The notes under the pieces were generated by a model, which ran no database searches, was not told the origin of the DNA, and worked only from the letters and a program-made list of their open reading frames with translations. Positions 52,059-64,000 of a stretch of DNA of 64,000 nt are shown in pieces. Each line of letters begins with the position of its first letter. Within the stretch, counting starts at the first letter, position 1. The position numbers and the translations under genes are program-made. Source of the stretch: Eledone cirrhosa (lineage: Eukaryota); NCBI GenBank assembly GCA_964016885.1, contig OZ024758.1:27032001-27096000 (forward strand). The letters run 5' to 3'.

Positions 52059-52442
52059 CTTGGTATCAGACTTTTTTCTATCTAAGCTAGCCAGTTTTGG
52101 TATACTTACATACCTATTGTGGCTGGTAAAACCATCAAGATAGCCTGAATAGATGGTCTGATTTTTAGACTAGCACCTGACATTAAACCCTCTTCTTGAT
52201 GCATTTCTTACCCCGAAGGTTCCTTTCTATCGCTATCACAAGGAGTATCCCTATTAATACTATACACACTTGATGTAATGCTGAGGTATTGCTTTTCTTC
52301 TCTCCAGAGTGTATCCGCATCTTCCTCAGAAGTTCTTTGTACCTTTTATTGACCTCCACCCGCCTTTCATATCTATGTAGACTATGTATGTATGTATGTA
52401 TGTATGTATGTATGTATGTATGTATGTATGTATGTATGTATG

Positions 52443-53050
52443 TCAGGTCACCAGTTGGTGCTACTGGTAACATGTATCCCAGTACAACCTGTTTCATGGT
52501 CGGGTTGTTGGCGACTAAACTGGCAACCCCACCAAGGTTTCTTGGTGAGGAGGGTGACTTTGGACATCCTGCAGGACTAAAAACAAAACCTGTCAAAGGG
52601 CAAAGGAGCTCTTAAGAGTCAATGGCCATCCAAAATCACCGGGAGAGATGACCCCTTAGCCTTTGTCAAGGCAGAATTCTAGGAGAAGGAAAACTCTGAT
52701 ATAACACCTGCAACCCTGATGGTATCCAATGATGTTGACTTGTTCTTCTTTTTGGTAAATATCATCTTGGTTAAGAGAGTGGGACTGGCTTTGTGCAATG
52801 CCTTTGCTCACTATAAAAGCTTCACGGCACAGGCATTGCTTTATATCTGGAGATCTCTCTGCACTTGTCATCACATGGTACCATGGGCCCAGCACTGTGT
52901 GTCAATAATTGTCACAAGTGTAGTGTTTGTACCAGAGTTTTCAAGTCGCTGGCTGGACTAAAAAGTCACACTCGTTCAGCGCATCGGTAGGGGTTCTCCT
53001 ACATGGATATAGAGTAGTGGCCGTACTCGAAAACGAGTTGGCAGCCACCA
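52443..53050 (+). mobile_element. RTE-derived bipartite element, full-length copy 5
   Basis: Starts right after (TATG)n and ends GCCACC(ATGT)n. Confidence 0.8.
52883..52990 (+). other. 35-codon micro-ORF encoding one C2H2 zinc finger inside the RTE-derived element
   Basis: MGPALCVNNCHKCSVCTRVFKSLAGLKSHTRSAHR* (C-x2-C-x12-H-x4-H); start context ACCATGG. Translation in vivo is not shown. Confidence 0.55.
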
Positions 53051-53065
53051 TGTATGTATGTATGT

Positions 53066-53668
53066 CGGGTCACTCTTGAGTGCTACTGGTAGCATGTAAC
53101 TCAGTACAACCTGCCGCATGGCCGGGTCGTCGGTGACTAAACCGGCAACCCCACCAAGTTTACTTGGTGAGGAGGGTGACTTTGGACACGCTGCAGGACA
53201 AAAAACAAAACCTGACAAAGGGCGGAAGAACTCATAAGAGTCAACGGCCATCCAAAAGTGTGTATATATGTATATATACACATGTATATGTATATGTGTA
53301 TATACATGGGTGCATGTGTGTGTATATGCGCGGGGACATAGAAATACTGGGGCTGGACACCCGATCGCGCGGTTAAACCACTGGGAGTGAAGGAGCCCGA
53401 GCATTTGTCAGGACATTCTTCTAGGAGATGGCATCTCAGGAAACTGGGATAACTCCGATATAAAACCTGCGACTCAGTAGTTACTTCTATCTGGGTTATA
53501 GCTACTGTCGCTTAGAGAGTGGGATTGGCTCAGTGCACAGTCTTCCCTCACTTTAAAAATAAATCTTCACGCACAGGCATTATGGCATTAGTTAATAATT
53601 ATTAATAATGTTATATTGTGTAATGGCCATACTCGATAACGAGGGGGCAGCCATCATTGTATGTATGG
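53066..53668 (+). mobile_element. Second subfamily of the RTE-derived element, without the zinc-finger segment
   Basis: The 5' 190 bp is homologous to 52443-52635; ends TGGCCATACTCGATAACGAGGGGGCAGCCATCATTGTATGTATG. Confidence 0.7.
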
Positions 53669-54032
53669 GTATGAAATACTGGGATTATGGATGAAAGCCC
53701 TAATTTACAGACATGTAAAAGGACAGAAAACCTGCATACACACACACACGTAAATTGTTAGGTAAACGGGTACATTTTAATCTACACGTTTATATAAATA
53801 ACTTTATATGTCTATGTGCGGATATACATGAAATTCGATGAATTCACTATAGCATGCATGTTATCATATGTAAGTGTACGTGTTTTCACACGTGCTGTTT
53901 AAACGTAAACACGTGTCTATCTATAGATTTAATTCTAAACACTTTCTTTCGTGCTGGAATCATCTTAATCTGGTAGATTATTCTCTTAGTTCGGTATTAA
54001 GGCGGATATTAACACCAGCTCGTTAGAATATT

Positions 54033-54085
<53 letters not shown>

Positions 54086-54088
<3 letters not shown>

Positions 54089-54220
54089 GAAAAAAGTTTG
54101 TCCTTCATCAGTGATCTTCCAACCATCATAGGCATATGATGGTTGGAAGATCACTGATGAAGGACAAACTTTTTTCATATGTAACCCATTTGCAACTCCG
54201 CAGCGCCCTTATTTTCATAT
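54086..54220 (+). mobile_element. Short fold-back element in (TA)n with a CTGATGA motif
   Basis: Arms at 54085-54130 and 54136-54180. Confidence 0.5.
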
Positions 54221-54569
54221 ATATATATATACAGTGCACCCCACGACATTCGCGGTTCAGGTTATTCGCGTAATTTTCCTTAGAACCTAATTAATTAATT
54301 GTTCGTATAACCTACCGCATATTCGCGGAATCGTAAATATCTTCTGCGATTATTAATGGCTTTTTGAACACTAAATTATTAATAACAATATACCGTATTT
54401 GCCGGCCTATTGGACGCCCCTTTCGCATAAGACGCTCCCTCTTTTTTTTTAAATTATATTTCACGTTATATTTCGACGTTTATAAGACGTTAATACCTGG
54501 GGACTACTGTATACCCCCCCCCCCCCACCATACACATACACACCCCACCCCACACACACTCACACGTAT

Positions 54570-54855
54570 TCTTTTATTCATTTACTCGTTTCAGTCAGTC
54601 TACGGCCATGATGGAGCCCCGCCTTAAAGAGATTTAGTGAATCGTATCAAACCCAGAACTTAGTAGTTCGACAAAAGTGATCGATAAATTAAGTTACACG
54701 ACATAAACGCGGGCACGAACGTAATCACAGATACACAGATACACAGATACATACACGGCGGGCTTCTGCAAGTTCCGTCTACCAAATATCACTCAAAAGA
54801 CATTGGTCAACCCGATGCTACAGTAGAAGACACAAGCCCGGGGTGCCACGCAGTA
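54570..54855 (-). mobile_element. Diverged SINE-like interspersed repeat
   Basis: GTAGAAGACAC..GCCC..GGTGCCACGCAGT head-proximal motif. Tail related to 15835-15880, 41327-41375 and 47525-47590. Confidence 0.5.
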
Positions 54856-55156
54856 GCTGTGCACCCGTAACTGCACACCCACATACACACACACACACAT
54901 ATTTATATATACATACATACATATTTATATACATACATACACACATTTATATATATATACACGCACACAGATATATATATATATATATACATACATACAC
55001 ACCCACACACACACACACATATATATACACACGTATCGGTATGAATGTAAGTGTTTATATATATGTATATGTAATACATACATTCGCACAAGCGCGCTCA
55101 CACACACATATTCATATATATATATATATATATATTATTTATAAAACAAACTTTGT

Positions 55157-55218
55157 ATTTTTTCTGATGAAAGCGTACCAATGTTGTCTTGGTACCCTTG
55201 AAATATATATAATAAAAT
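55157..55218 (+). ncRNA. Type I hammerhead (family of 56373) within element 55135-55355
   Basis: ATTTTTT-CTGATGA-AAGCGTACCAA...TTGGTACCCTT-GAAAT-ATAT-ATA-ATAAAAT. Confidence 0.65.
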
Positions 55219-55367
55219 AAATATGGTTTTATAAATATAGTTTCCATTTATTAATATCTTGGAATATTTACTCCAGTAAACTGTGGAGTGCTCTATATCA
55301 GTTATAAACATTTATATTTGTCGGAATTCCAACAAATTAAATATAACTTCTACACATATATATATAT

Positions 55368-55503
55368 AGGAACGAGTAGGACCCCGACGGCTGAGCTCAA
55401 GCCGTTTCGACGGCTAATTCTGGACTATTACCCACTCTACTACCCTAAGTATTGAGTACTTTGGTGCGTTATGGTCCATCTGGTTCCTTACCACAATTCC
55501 TTC

Positions 55504-55505
<2 letters not shown>
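55368..55505 (+). mobile_element. Internally deleted fold-back element (half-hammerhead family)
   Basis: Homology to 59348-59540. Confidence 0.65.
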
Positions 55506-55543
<38 letters not shown>

Positions 55544-55547
<4 letters not shown>

Positions 55548-56078
55548 TTTCTGAATTTGTTTAGCAAGATTCTTTATCTGAAATCGTGTGTTGAAACCGA
55601 TATTGTTATACTTTGGGAGGGTCATGTTGCCAATAAGAAACACACGCACCAGTTTCTTTCACTTCAATTTATTATATATTTATAAATTTATAAATTTCTG
55701 GTTGGTTGGTTGGTTCCACAACCAGATAGTTGTTTATATATAGTCATAGTTCTTTCGTCACACACTCTGTGACCTCTTCAGTGACTGGGGATTCCTTTCT
55801 TTGTTTCTGTGCCTCTCCTTTGTTCTGTCCTACGCCATTTTGTTGAAATGACGTAGGACAGAACAAAGGAGAGGCACAGAAACAAAGAAAGGAATCCCCA
55901 GTCACTGAAGAGGTCACAGAGTGTGTGACGAAAGAACTATGACTATATATAAACAACTATCTGGTTGTGGAACCAACCAACCAACCAGAAATTTATAAAT
56001 TTATAAATATATAATAAATTGAAGTGAAAGCAACTGGTGCGTGTGTTTCTTATTGGCAACATGACCCTCCCAAAGTAT

Positions 56079-56086
<8 letters not shown>
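55544..56086 (-). mobile_element. Fold-back Penelope pLTR derivative with about 240-bp arms, in (TA)n
   Basis: Arms at 55600-55839 and 55846-56086; shares ATGACCCTCCCAAAGTATAACAATAT with the Penelope 3' end. Confidence 0.8.
55900..55944 (+). ncRNA. Minimal type I hammerhead (mirror copy at 55742-55786, minus strand)
   Basis: AGTCA-CTGAAGA-G-GTCAC agagtgt GTGAC-GAAAG-AA-CTA-TGACT. Confidence 0.8.
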
Positions 56087-56124
<38 letters not shown>

Positions 56125-56226
56125 CATATATACATTTAAGTAACTGCCGTACTAAGAGTGAGAAATGAAATTTCGTTTCATTCTATTCCGTATATATATA
56201 TATATACATACGTGTGTGGCTGTGTG

Positions 56227-56268
<42 letters not shown>

Positions 56269-56372
56269 ATATTAACAAATGGAAACTATATTTATAAAAC
56301 CATATTTATTTTATTAAGGTTGTCTGTTTTCAGCGTATGTCAATATTTATTTATAAAACTAATCTGTATCGT

Positions 56373-56436
56373 ATTTTATCTGATGAAAGCGCACCATAAT
56401 TTGCCTTGGTGGCCCTTGAAATATGTATAATAAAAT
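56373..56436 (+). ncRNA. Type I hammerhead within fold-back element 56264-56571
   Basis: ATTTTAT-CTGATGA-AAGCGCACCA...TGGTGGCCCTT-GAAAT-ATGT-ATA-ATAAAAT. Confidence 0.75.
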
Positions 56437-56567
56437 AAATATGGTTTTATAAATATAGTTTCCATTTGTTAATATATTGTATATTTACTCCAATAATTTG
56501 TTGAGTGCTTTATATCAGTTATAAAAATATTTTTAAGCTTGTATCCCAACAAATTAAATATAACCTC

Positions 56568-58447
<1,880 letters not shown>

Positions 58448-58834
58448 AATTCAACAGAATTATTGCCACTGAAAATATGAAGAAAAGGAAGGAAAACGAA
58501 TTGTCAAATAATAATAAAAGTCTGTTCAATTCTGAACGTGTTTCATTTATCGTATCCTTGTGAACGACTTTGCGTGGGAATATAGATGAAGGAAATGGAG
58601 GCAAGTATAGTACCTCTTCCCCGCCTTAGAAAATGAAAGAGTGATAAAGGTGGCGGCGATGGCGGGCAGGAGGTTAAGATAAAGGTGGGAGAAATATTAA
58701 AAGATGTATGAACTTTCAATAGATAAGCTCAATGAGTATGAGAAAACAGGAAATAAAACCTGTTCAGTTAGATTCTAAGGACGCACAAGAACACACACAC
58801 ACACACATATATGTATGTATGTATATATATATAT

Positions 58835-59340
58835 ATATAAATTAATAAAATAATGAATAAACAAAGAAACAGTTCCTTATATTAAAAAAAATTCATCATT
58901 TTACGATCGTTTCTAGGATATATATGTGTTAGAGTTGGTATGCATATTCTATAGATCTATGTACAATATTTATACAAACTATCAGAGGGGAATATACATA
59001 CCTACACATATATATGCTGTCTTCAGAAAATTGTGTAGGTATGTATATTCCCTCTGATAGTTTGTATAAATATTGTACATAGATCTATAGAATATGCATA
59101 CAACTCTAACACATATATATCCTAGAAACGATCGTAAAATGATGAATTTTTTTTAATATAAGGAACTGTTTCTTTGTTTATTCATTATTTTATTGATTTA
59201 TCTTGACTCTGTTTTCCGTTTATTTTTCACCGAAAGTAGTTTTTGAATGCATCTTCTCTTTTCATGATATCCGGATTACATTGAGTTCTTCATACGGATT
59301 GGACACTACCGTAAACTTTTGGTAGATTTATCTCTCTCTA
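58835..59340 (+). mobile_element. Fold-back hammerhead element (family of 6605-7167); complete hammerhead on the minus arm at 58898-59030
   Basis: Reverse complement ATTTT-CTGAAGA-CAGCATATATATGTGT...GAAAC-GATC-GTA-AAAT. Confidence 0.75.
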
Positions 59341-59347
59341 TATATAT

Positions 59348-59537
59348 AGGAACAAGTAAGACCCCGACGGCTGAGCTCAAGCCGTTTCGACGGCTAATTC
59401 TGGACTGAATCAGCCGTCGAAACGGCTTGAGCTCAGCCGTCGGGGTCTTACATGTTCTTATTACCCACTCTACTACCCTAAGTATTGAGTACTTTGGTGC
59501 GTTATGGTCCACCTGGTTCCTTACCACATTTCCTCCG

Positions 59538-59587
<50 letters not shown>

Positions 59588-59902
59588 CGAAGGAAGTGTG
59601 GTAAGGAACCAAATGGACCATAACGCACCAGAGTACTCAATACTTAGGGCAGTAGAGTGGGAAATAGGAAAAGGTATGACCCCCGACGGCAGAGCTCAAG
59701 CCGTTTTGACGGGTATTTCTGGATTAAAATAGCCGTCGAAATATCGAAATAGTCCAGAAATAGCCGTCGAAACGGCTTGAGCTCTGCCGTCGATGGACCA
59801 TAACGCACCAGAGTACTCAATACTTAGGGTAGTAGAGTGGGAAATAGGAAAAAGTATGACCCCGACGGCAGAGCTCAAGCCGTTTCGACGGCTCTTTCTG
59901 GA
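59348..59902. mobile_element. Three copies of the half-hammerhead fold-back family (+ 59348-59540; - 59585-59902, rearranged)
   Basis: GAAACGGCTTGAGCTC(A/T)GCCGTCGGGGT and its reverse complement, repeated. Confidence 0.7.
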
Positions 59903-60109
59903 TATATATATATATATATATATTTAATATAATAACAGAGAAAGCTTTAAGCTAAATTCCGACTGGTAACCATCTCACTCAACAAACATTAGGATATACG
60001 TTAGTATAATCCCAATTTAGTGTTTGGGGTGCTAACTATATGTATTTTGTGGAAAACCAGTTGTATTATTTTATATGAGATATAATTAAAATTAAAATAT
60101 ATCTCTCTT

Positions 60110-60232
60110 TCCAAACAAATGTTTCATTATAAGTTTTCTACAAGTTGGGAGAATGTTTCCAGTTTATGTAGAAGCCTAACATATTTTCCTGTAAGAATAT
60201 ATGTAGGTGGGCACATATAAATCATCAGTGGA
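60110..60232 (-). ncRNA. Type I hammerhead with long helix II, within element 59925-60345
   Basis: Reverse complement TCCA-CTGATGA-T-TTATA...TATAA-T-GAAAC-ATTT-GTT-TGGA. Confidence 0.65.
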
Positions 60233-60672
60233 TGCCCATTAAACTTTGATATAAGAAAAAATTTCTTACGGCAGTTATTTTTCGTGTCCGCTAAGTCATC
60301 CCTTCACGCATCGAATGACCGCCAAATTTGAAATTCCAGCAGTCTTTATATATATATATATATTTTTATATATATACATATATACAATAATGAGAGGTAC
60401 ACAAATAACTCTATAACTCCTTCACGTTAGAGTAACCACGGAAGTATAGTGACTGCTTTCAAGCTAATACTATTTACACTTCTAGTCTTCCTTATCACCT
60501 TTCTGTAGCCTCTGTATCATTAATATCCTCTCCGCCTTCTGTGATATTTTTCATTGCTACAAGGGATTTAGTCCCATTTCTTGACCACTGTATCAAGTGA
60601 AAGGGTCTCCCTCCGCCCTTTCGAGATTCTCTCGCGCGATGCAGACCTGTTTTGAAATTTTTCCTTGAGGTG

Positions 60673-60764
60673 TTCCCTTGAAAAGTCGGCCTACCTCACA
60701 AAAATGTTACATCTCTATGATATAGGATTTTTGCATAGTAGCCACGAAACTGTACAGTCGGGAA
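60673..60764 (+). ncRNA. Degenerate type I hammerhead within TA-flanked element 60385-60815
   Basis: TTCCC-TTGAAAA-GTCGGCCTAC...GTAGCCAC-GAAAC-TGTACA-GTC-GGGAA; core differs from CTGAAGA at two positions. Confidence 0.55.
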
Positions 60765-60812
60765 TTTGAAGAAAAAATGGGTATTTATTTATGTCTTATA
60801 TTTCTTCTTACT

Positions 60813-60860
<48 letters not shown>

Positions 60861-60913
60861 ATATATATATTTATATATATAATATATATATTTATATATA
60901 TAATATATATATT

Positions 60914-60973
<60 letters not shown>

Positions 60974-60982
60974 AAACCATAG

Positions 60983-61132
60983 CAAGATACTCTTATGGAA
61001 TGATCAAATGTGGTTTATCTTTCAACATAGTGTCTGGGAAGAAACAATGCTGTTACTAATAAGATGAAATTAATGCACGCAGGATTTCACAGTTCTAGCA
61101 TCACTCCTTCATAATCAGCCTATGAACCTTTC
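60983..61132 (-). mobile_element. Partial mariner-type MITE
   Basis: Homology to 31305-31455. Confidence 0.6.
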
Positions 61133-61858
61133 GGAAAGAGAAGGTGATAAAAAGGGATAGAAGAAAAATTCGGCTCAGTATTGGACTAGTACTTTATTAA
61201 CCAGCCTCGAAAAGATAAAAGGTAAATTGAACTTGGTGGGATTTGAACTCAGGGAGCAGTGAGCTGGAACAAATACGGATGCATTTTTTTTTTAATCCAG
61301 GGCTCTGAGTTCCATGAGACCTCCAAGAGAAATTTTGGAAGGCGGTACAAGACCCCTTTGGGGCCCGAAGCAGGGAAAGAATTTTCTCAAAATCGATGTT
61401 GTATGGTTTCTGTGGAGCTTTCTTAGCTCTTGGGCCCCGAAACAAAGCACCAGCTGGACCCCCCCCCCCCCTAATAGGCCCTGCCAGTTCGCCGCCATGA
61501 TATATGATCATGGGAGAATAAATTTTTACCGTTTGGTACGACGAAAAAGTAGTTGTAATGTTTCCCGCCTTGGTTCTTAGTTTTCTCTTATAGAAATAAT
61601 TAAGTCATTGGAGTAGTTTAGTGACATATACAAACTTCATCTCTTATATTTTCAGTTATTCTCCTAGGAATAACGCTTCATGCTGCTGTAGTGCTGACTA
61701 GTTGTGCTAACATGGTCATTCTGCAGTTTATAAGACATAGTTGTCTATTTTGAGATCGTTTGAAATTTTATATAAGCAAGGGGGTTCTTCAAAACCAGTT
61801 GTACTCCATATTTGTTAGAATAAAAGGCTTATAATTTTAGCACAAGGCCAGTAACTTG

Positions 61859-61923
<65 letters not shown>

Positions 61924-62039
61924 TGGGTGGGGGGTAAGTCGATTATATAGATCTCAGTAACCAACTGATATTTATCGACTTTGGAAAAATGAAAGGCAAA
62001 GTTGATCTCGGCGGGATTTAAACACTCAGAATATAAGAT

Positions 62040-62212
62040 CAGACCTGTCAACTCTCCCCCACTTTCGGGTGGGTGAGAAATGTTTTCCCTTGTGAAAATG
62101 GGTATAGCTTTCATTATGTAAAATCTCCCCATTTTGCCTCATTTCTACCCATTTTGGGGCACTTTTCCTCCATGGTACTCTCCGTTTGGGTTTTTAGGGG
62201 TTGGTAGGTCTG
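62040..62212 (+). mobile_element. CAGACCTG MITE nested in a diverged SINE
   Basis: TIRs present; SINE sequence on both flanks. Confidence 0.7.
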
Positions 62213-62292
62213 TAAAAAGCTGCAACAAATGTCACAAAGCATTCTTTCCGACGCTCAACCGATTCTATCAATCCGTCGCCCATGTTAGAGTA

Positions 62293-62487
62293 ATAATTGT
62301 TTCTACTTTTGGCACAAGGCCATCAATTACCCCCAGTGCATTACTGGTACTTTATTTTATCGAACCCTGTAGGGATGAAAGGTAAAGTTAACCTCGGCGG
62401 GATTTGAACTCAGAACGTAAAGGGCCATAACCTTATGCTGCAAAGCATGGTGTCTGACGCTCTACCGATTCTGCCAATCCACCGCCC
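62293..62487 (-). mobile_element. Family-A SINE
   Basis: Family consensus. Confidence 0.85.
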
Positions 62488-63139
62488 TAGCCAACAGCAT
62501 GCAGCACTGTTATATCATGCAACTTTTCCTTCCGAAGACAAACTGTATGACTCCGAATAAAACCCCCCAGAAAAAGTACAGAATTTTATGAATCAAACTC
62601 ATTAGAATGTTTTAATCATTGTGAATTTCATCACGCAATTATTTCTTTTAAAATAAAAACTAACTAATGTTTATTTTGAGACCGTCTTGGATAATTTAAA
62701 TAATACTAAAAAAAAAAGAAAAATGAGAAAAACAGAAAAACTAAACTCTTACAAACGACTCTATTTATTTTTTGAGGTTTAAGTAAAAAACTAAACATCT
62801 TATAATAGGTTTATCTTGGTATTATCTTGGATTTCTAGTCATAGAAAACATATTTATCCTATTCTCTTTCTTAGCTTTTCCTTTCATTCATTTTTGTTCA
62901 CTACTCATTTTATAATTCATTTGGCTTCTTTCTTTTTCTCTATCTCTCTATTACTTTCCCTTGTTTTCTGTTGTGTGTTATGTTTTTAATCTCTCATTTT
63001 ATTTTTACTTTCTCTTCCACCTACTCCACCTCCTTCTTCTCGTCATATGTCAAGCGTGCATTGCCTACAGGGAAGTAATTATGGATGATAGAAGGATTAC
63101 ACCTTTTACTATACACACACATATGTATATACGAGATGT

Positions 63140-63147
63140 ATGTATAG

Positions 63148-63184
<37 letters not shown>

Positions 63185-63189
63185 GTATG

Positions 63190-63226
<37 letters not shown>

Positions 63227-63264
63227 GTATGTATATATATATATGTATGTATATATAATATATG

Positions 63265-63299
<35 letters not shown>

Positions 63300-63396
63300 G
63301 TATGTATATATAATATATGTATATATATATATATATATAATATATGTATATATATATATATATATATAAATATATATAATATATGTATATATATAA

Positions 63397-63444
<48 letters not shown>

Positions 63445-63583
63445 GTATATATATATATAATATATGTATATATATATATATATATATATAATATATGTAT
63501 ATATATATATATAATATATGTATATATATATATATATAATATATGTATATATATATATATATAATATATGTATATATATATAA

Positions 63584-63629
<46 letters not shown>

Positions 63630-63653
63630 GTATATATATATATATATATATAA

Positions 63654-63749
<96 letters not shown>

Positions 63750-63754
63750 TATAA

Positions 63755-63799
<45 letters not shown>

Positions 63800-63804
63800 T
63801 ATAA

Positions 63805-63864
<60 letters not shown>

Positions 63865-63903
63865 GTATATATATATATAATATATGTATATATATATATA
63901 TAA

Positions 63904-63943
<40 letters not shown>

Positions 63944-63963
63944 GTATATATATATATATATAA

Positions 63964-64000
<37 letters not shown>
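63140..64000. repeat. (TA)n microsatellite with periodic AATATATG interruptions
   Basis: Direct reading of the sequence. Confidence 0.95.

Overview
AT-rich eukaryotic intergenic or intronic DNA. The SINE families and microsatellite load resemble octopod cephalopod genomes (inference). No host protein-coding exon can be supported, and most long ORFs in the track are translated microsatellites or minisatellites. The window is a mosaic of mobile DNA: (1) a 5'-truncated Penelope-like element (RT YVDD plus GIY-YIG endonuclease, inverted pseudo-LTR, hammerhead motif) at 19.8-21.7 kb; (2) about ten distinct families of short non-coding elements sitting in (TA)n tracts, each with a type-I hammerhead ribozyme core (CUGAnGA...GAAA...UH with a short, often palindromic helix III), present as fold-back inversions or tandem units, plus a 90-bp x6 hammerhead satellite; (3) an RTE-derived bipartite element that sits in (TATG)n and carries a 35-codon C2H2 zinc-finger micro-ORF; (4) R4/Dong-like, CRE-like and RTE LINE fragments; (5) many tRNA-derived SINEs, hAT and mariner MITEs and two non-autonomous Helitrons; (6) a full-length 5S rRNA fused to a SINE and inserted as one unit with a 12-13 bp target-site duplication; (7) several minisatellites, some born inside MITEs. 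All structures were read by eye. No folding, alignment or database search was run.
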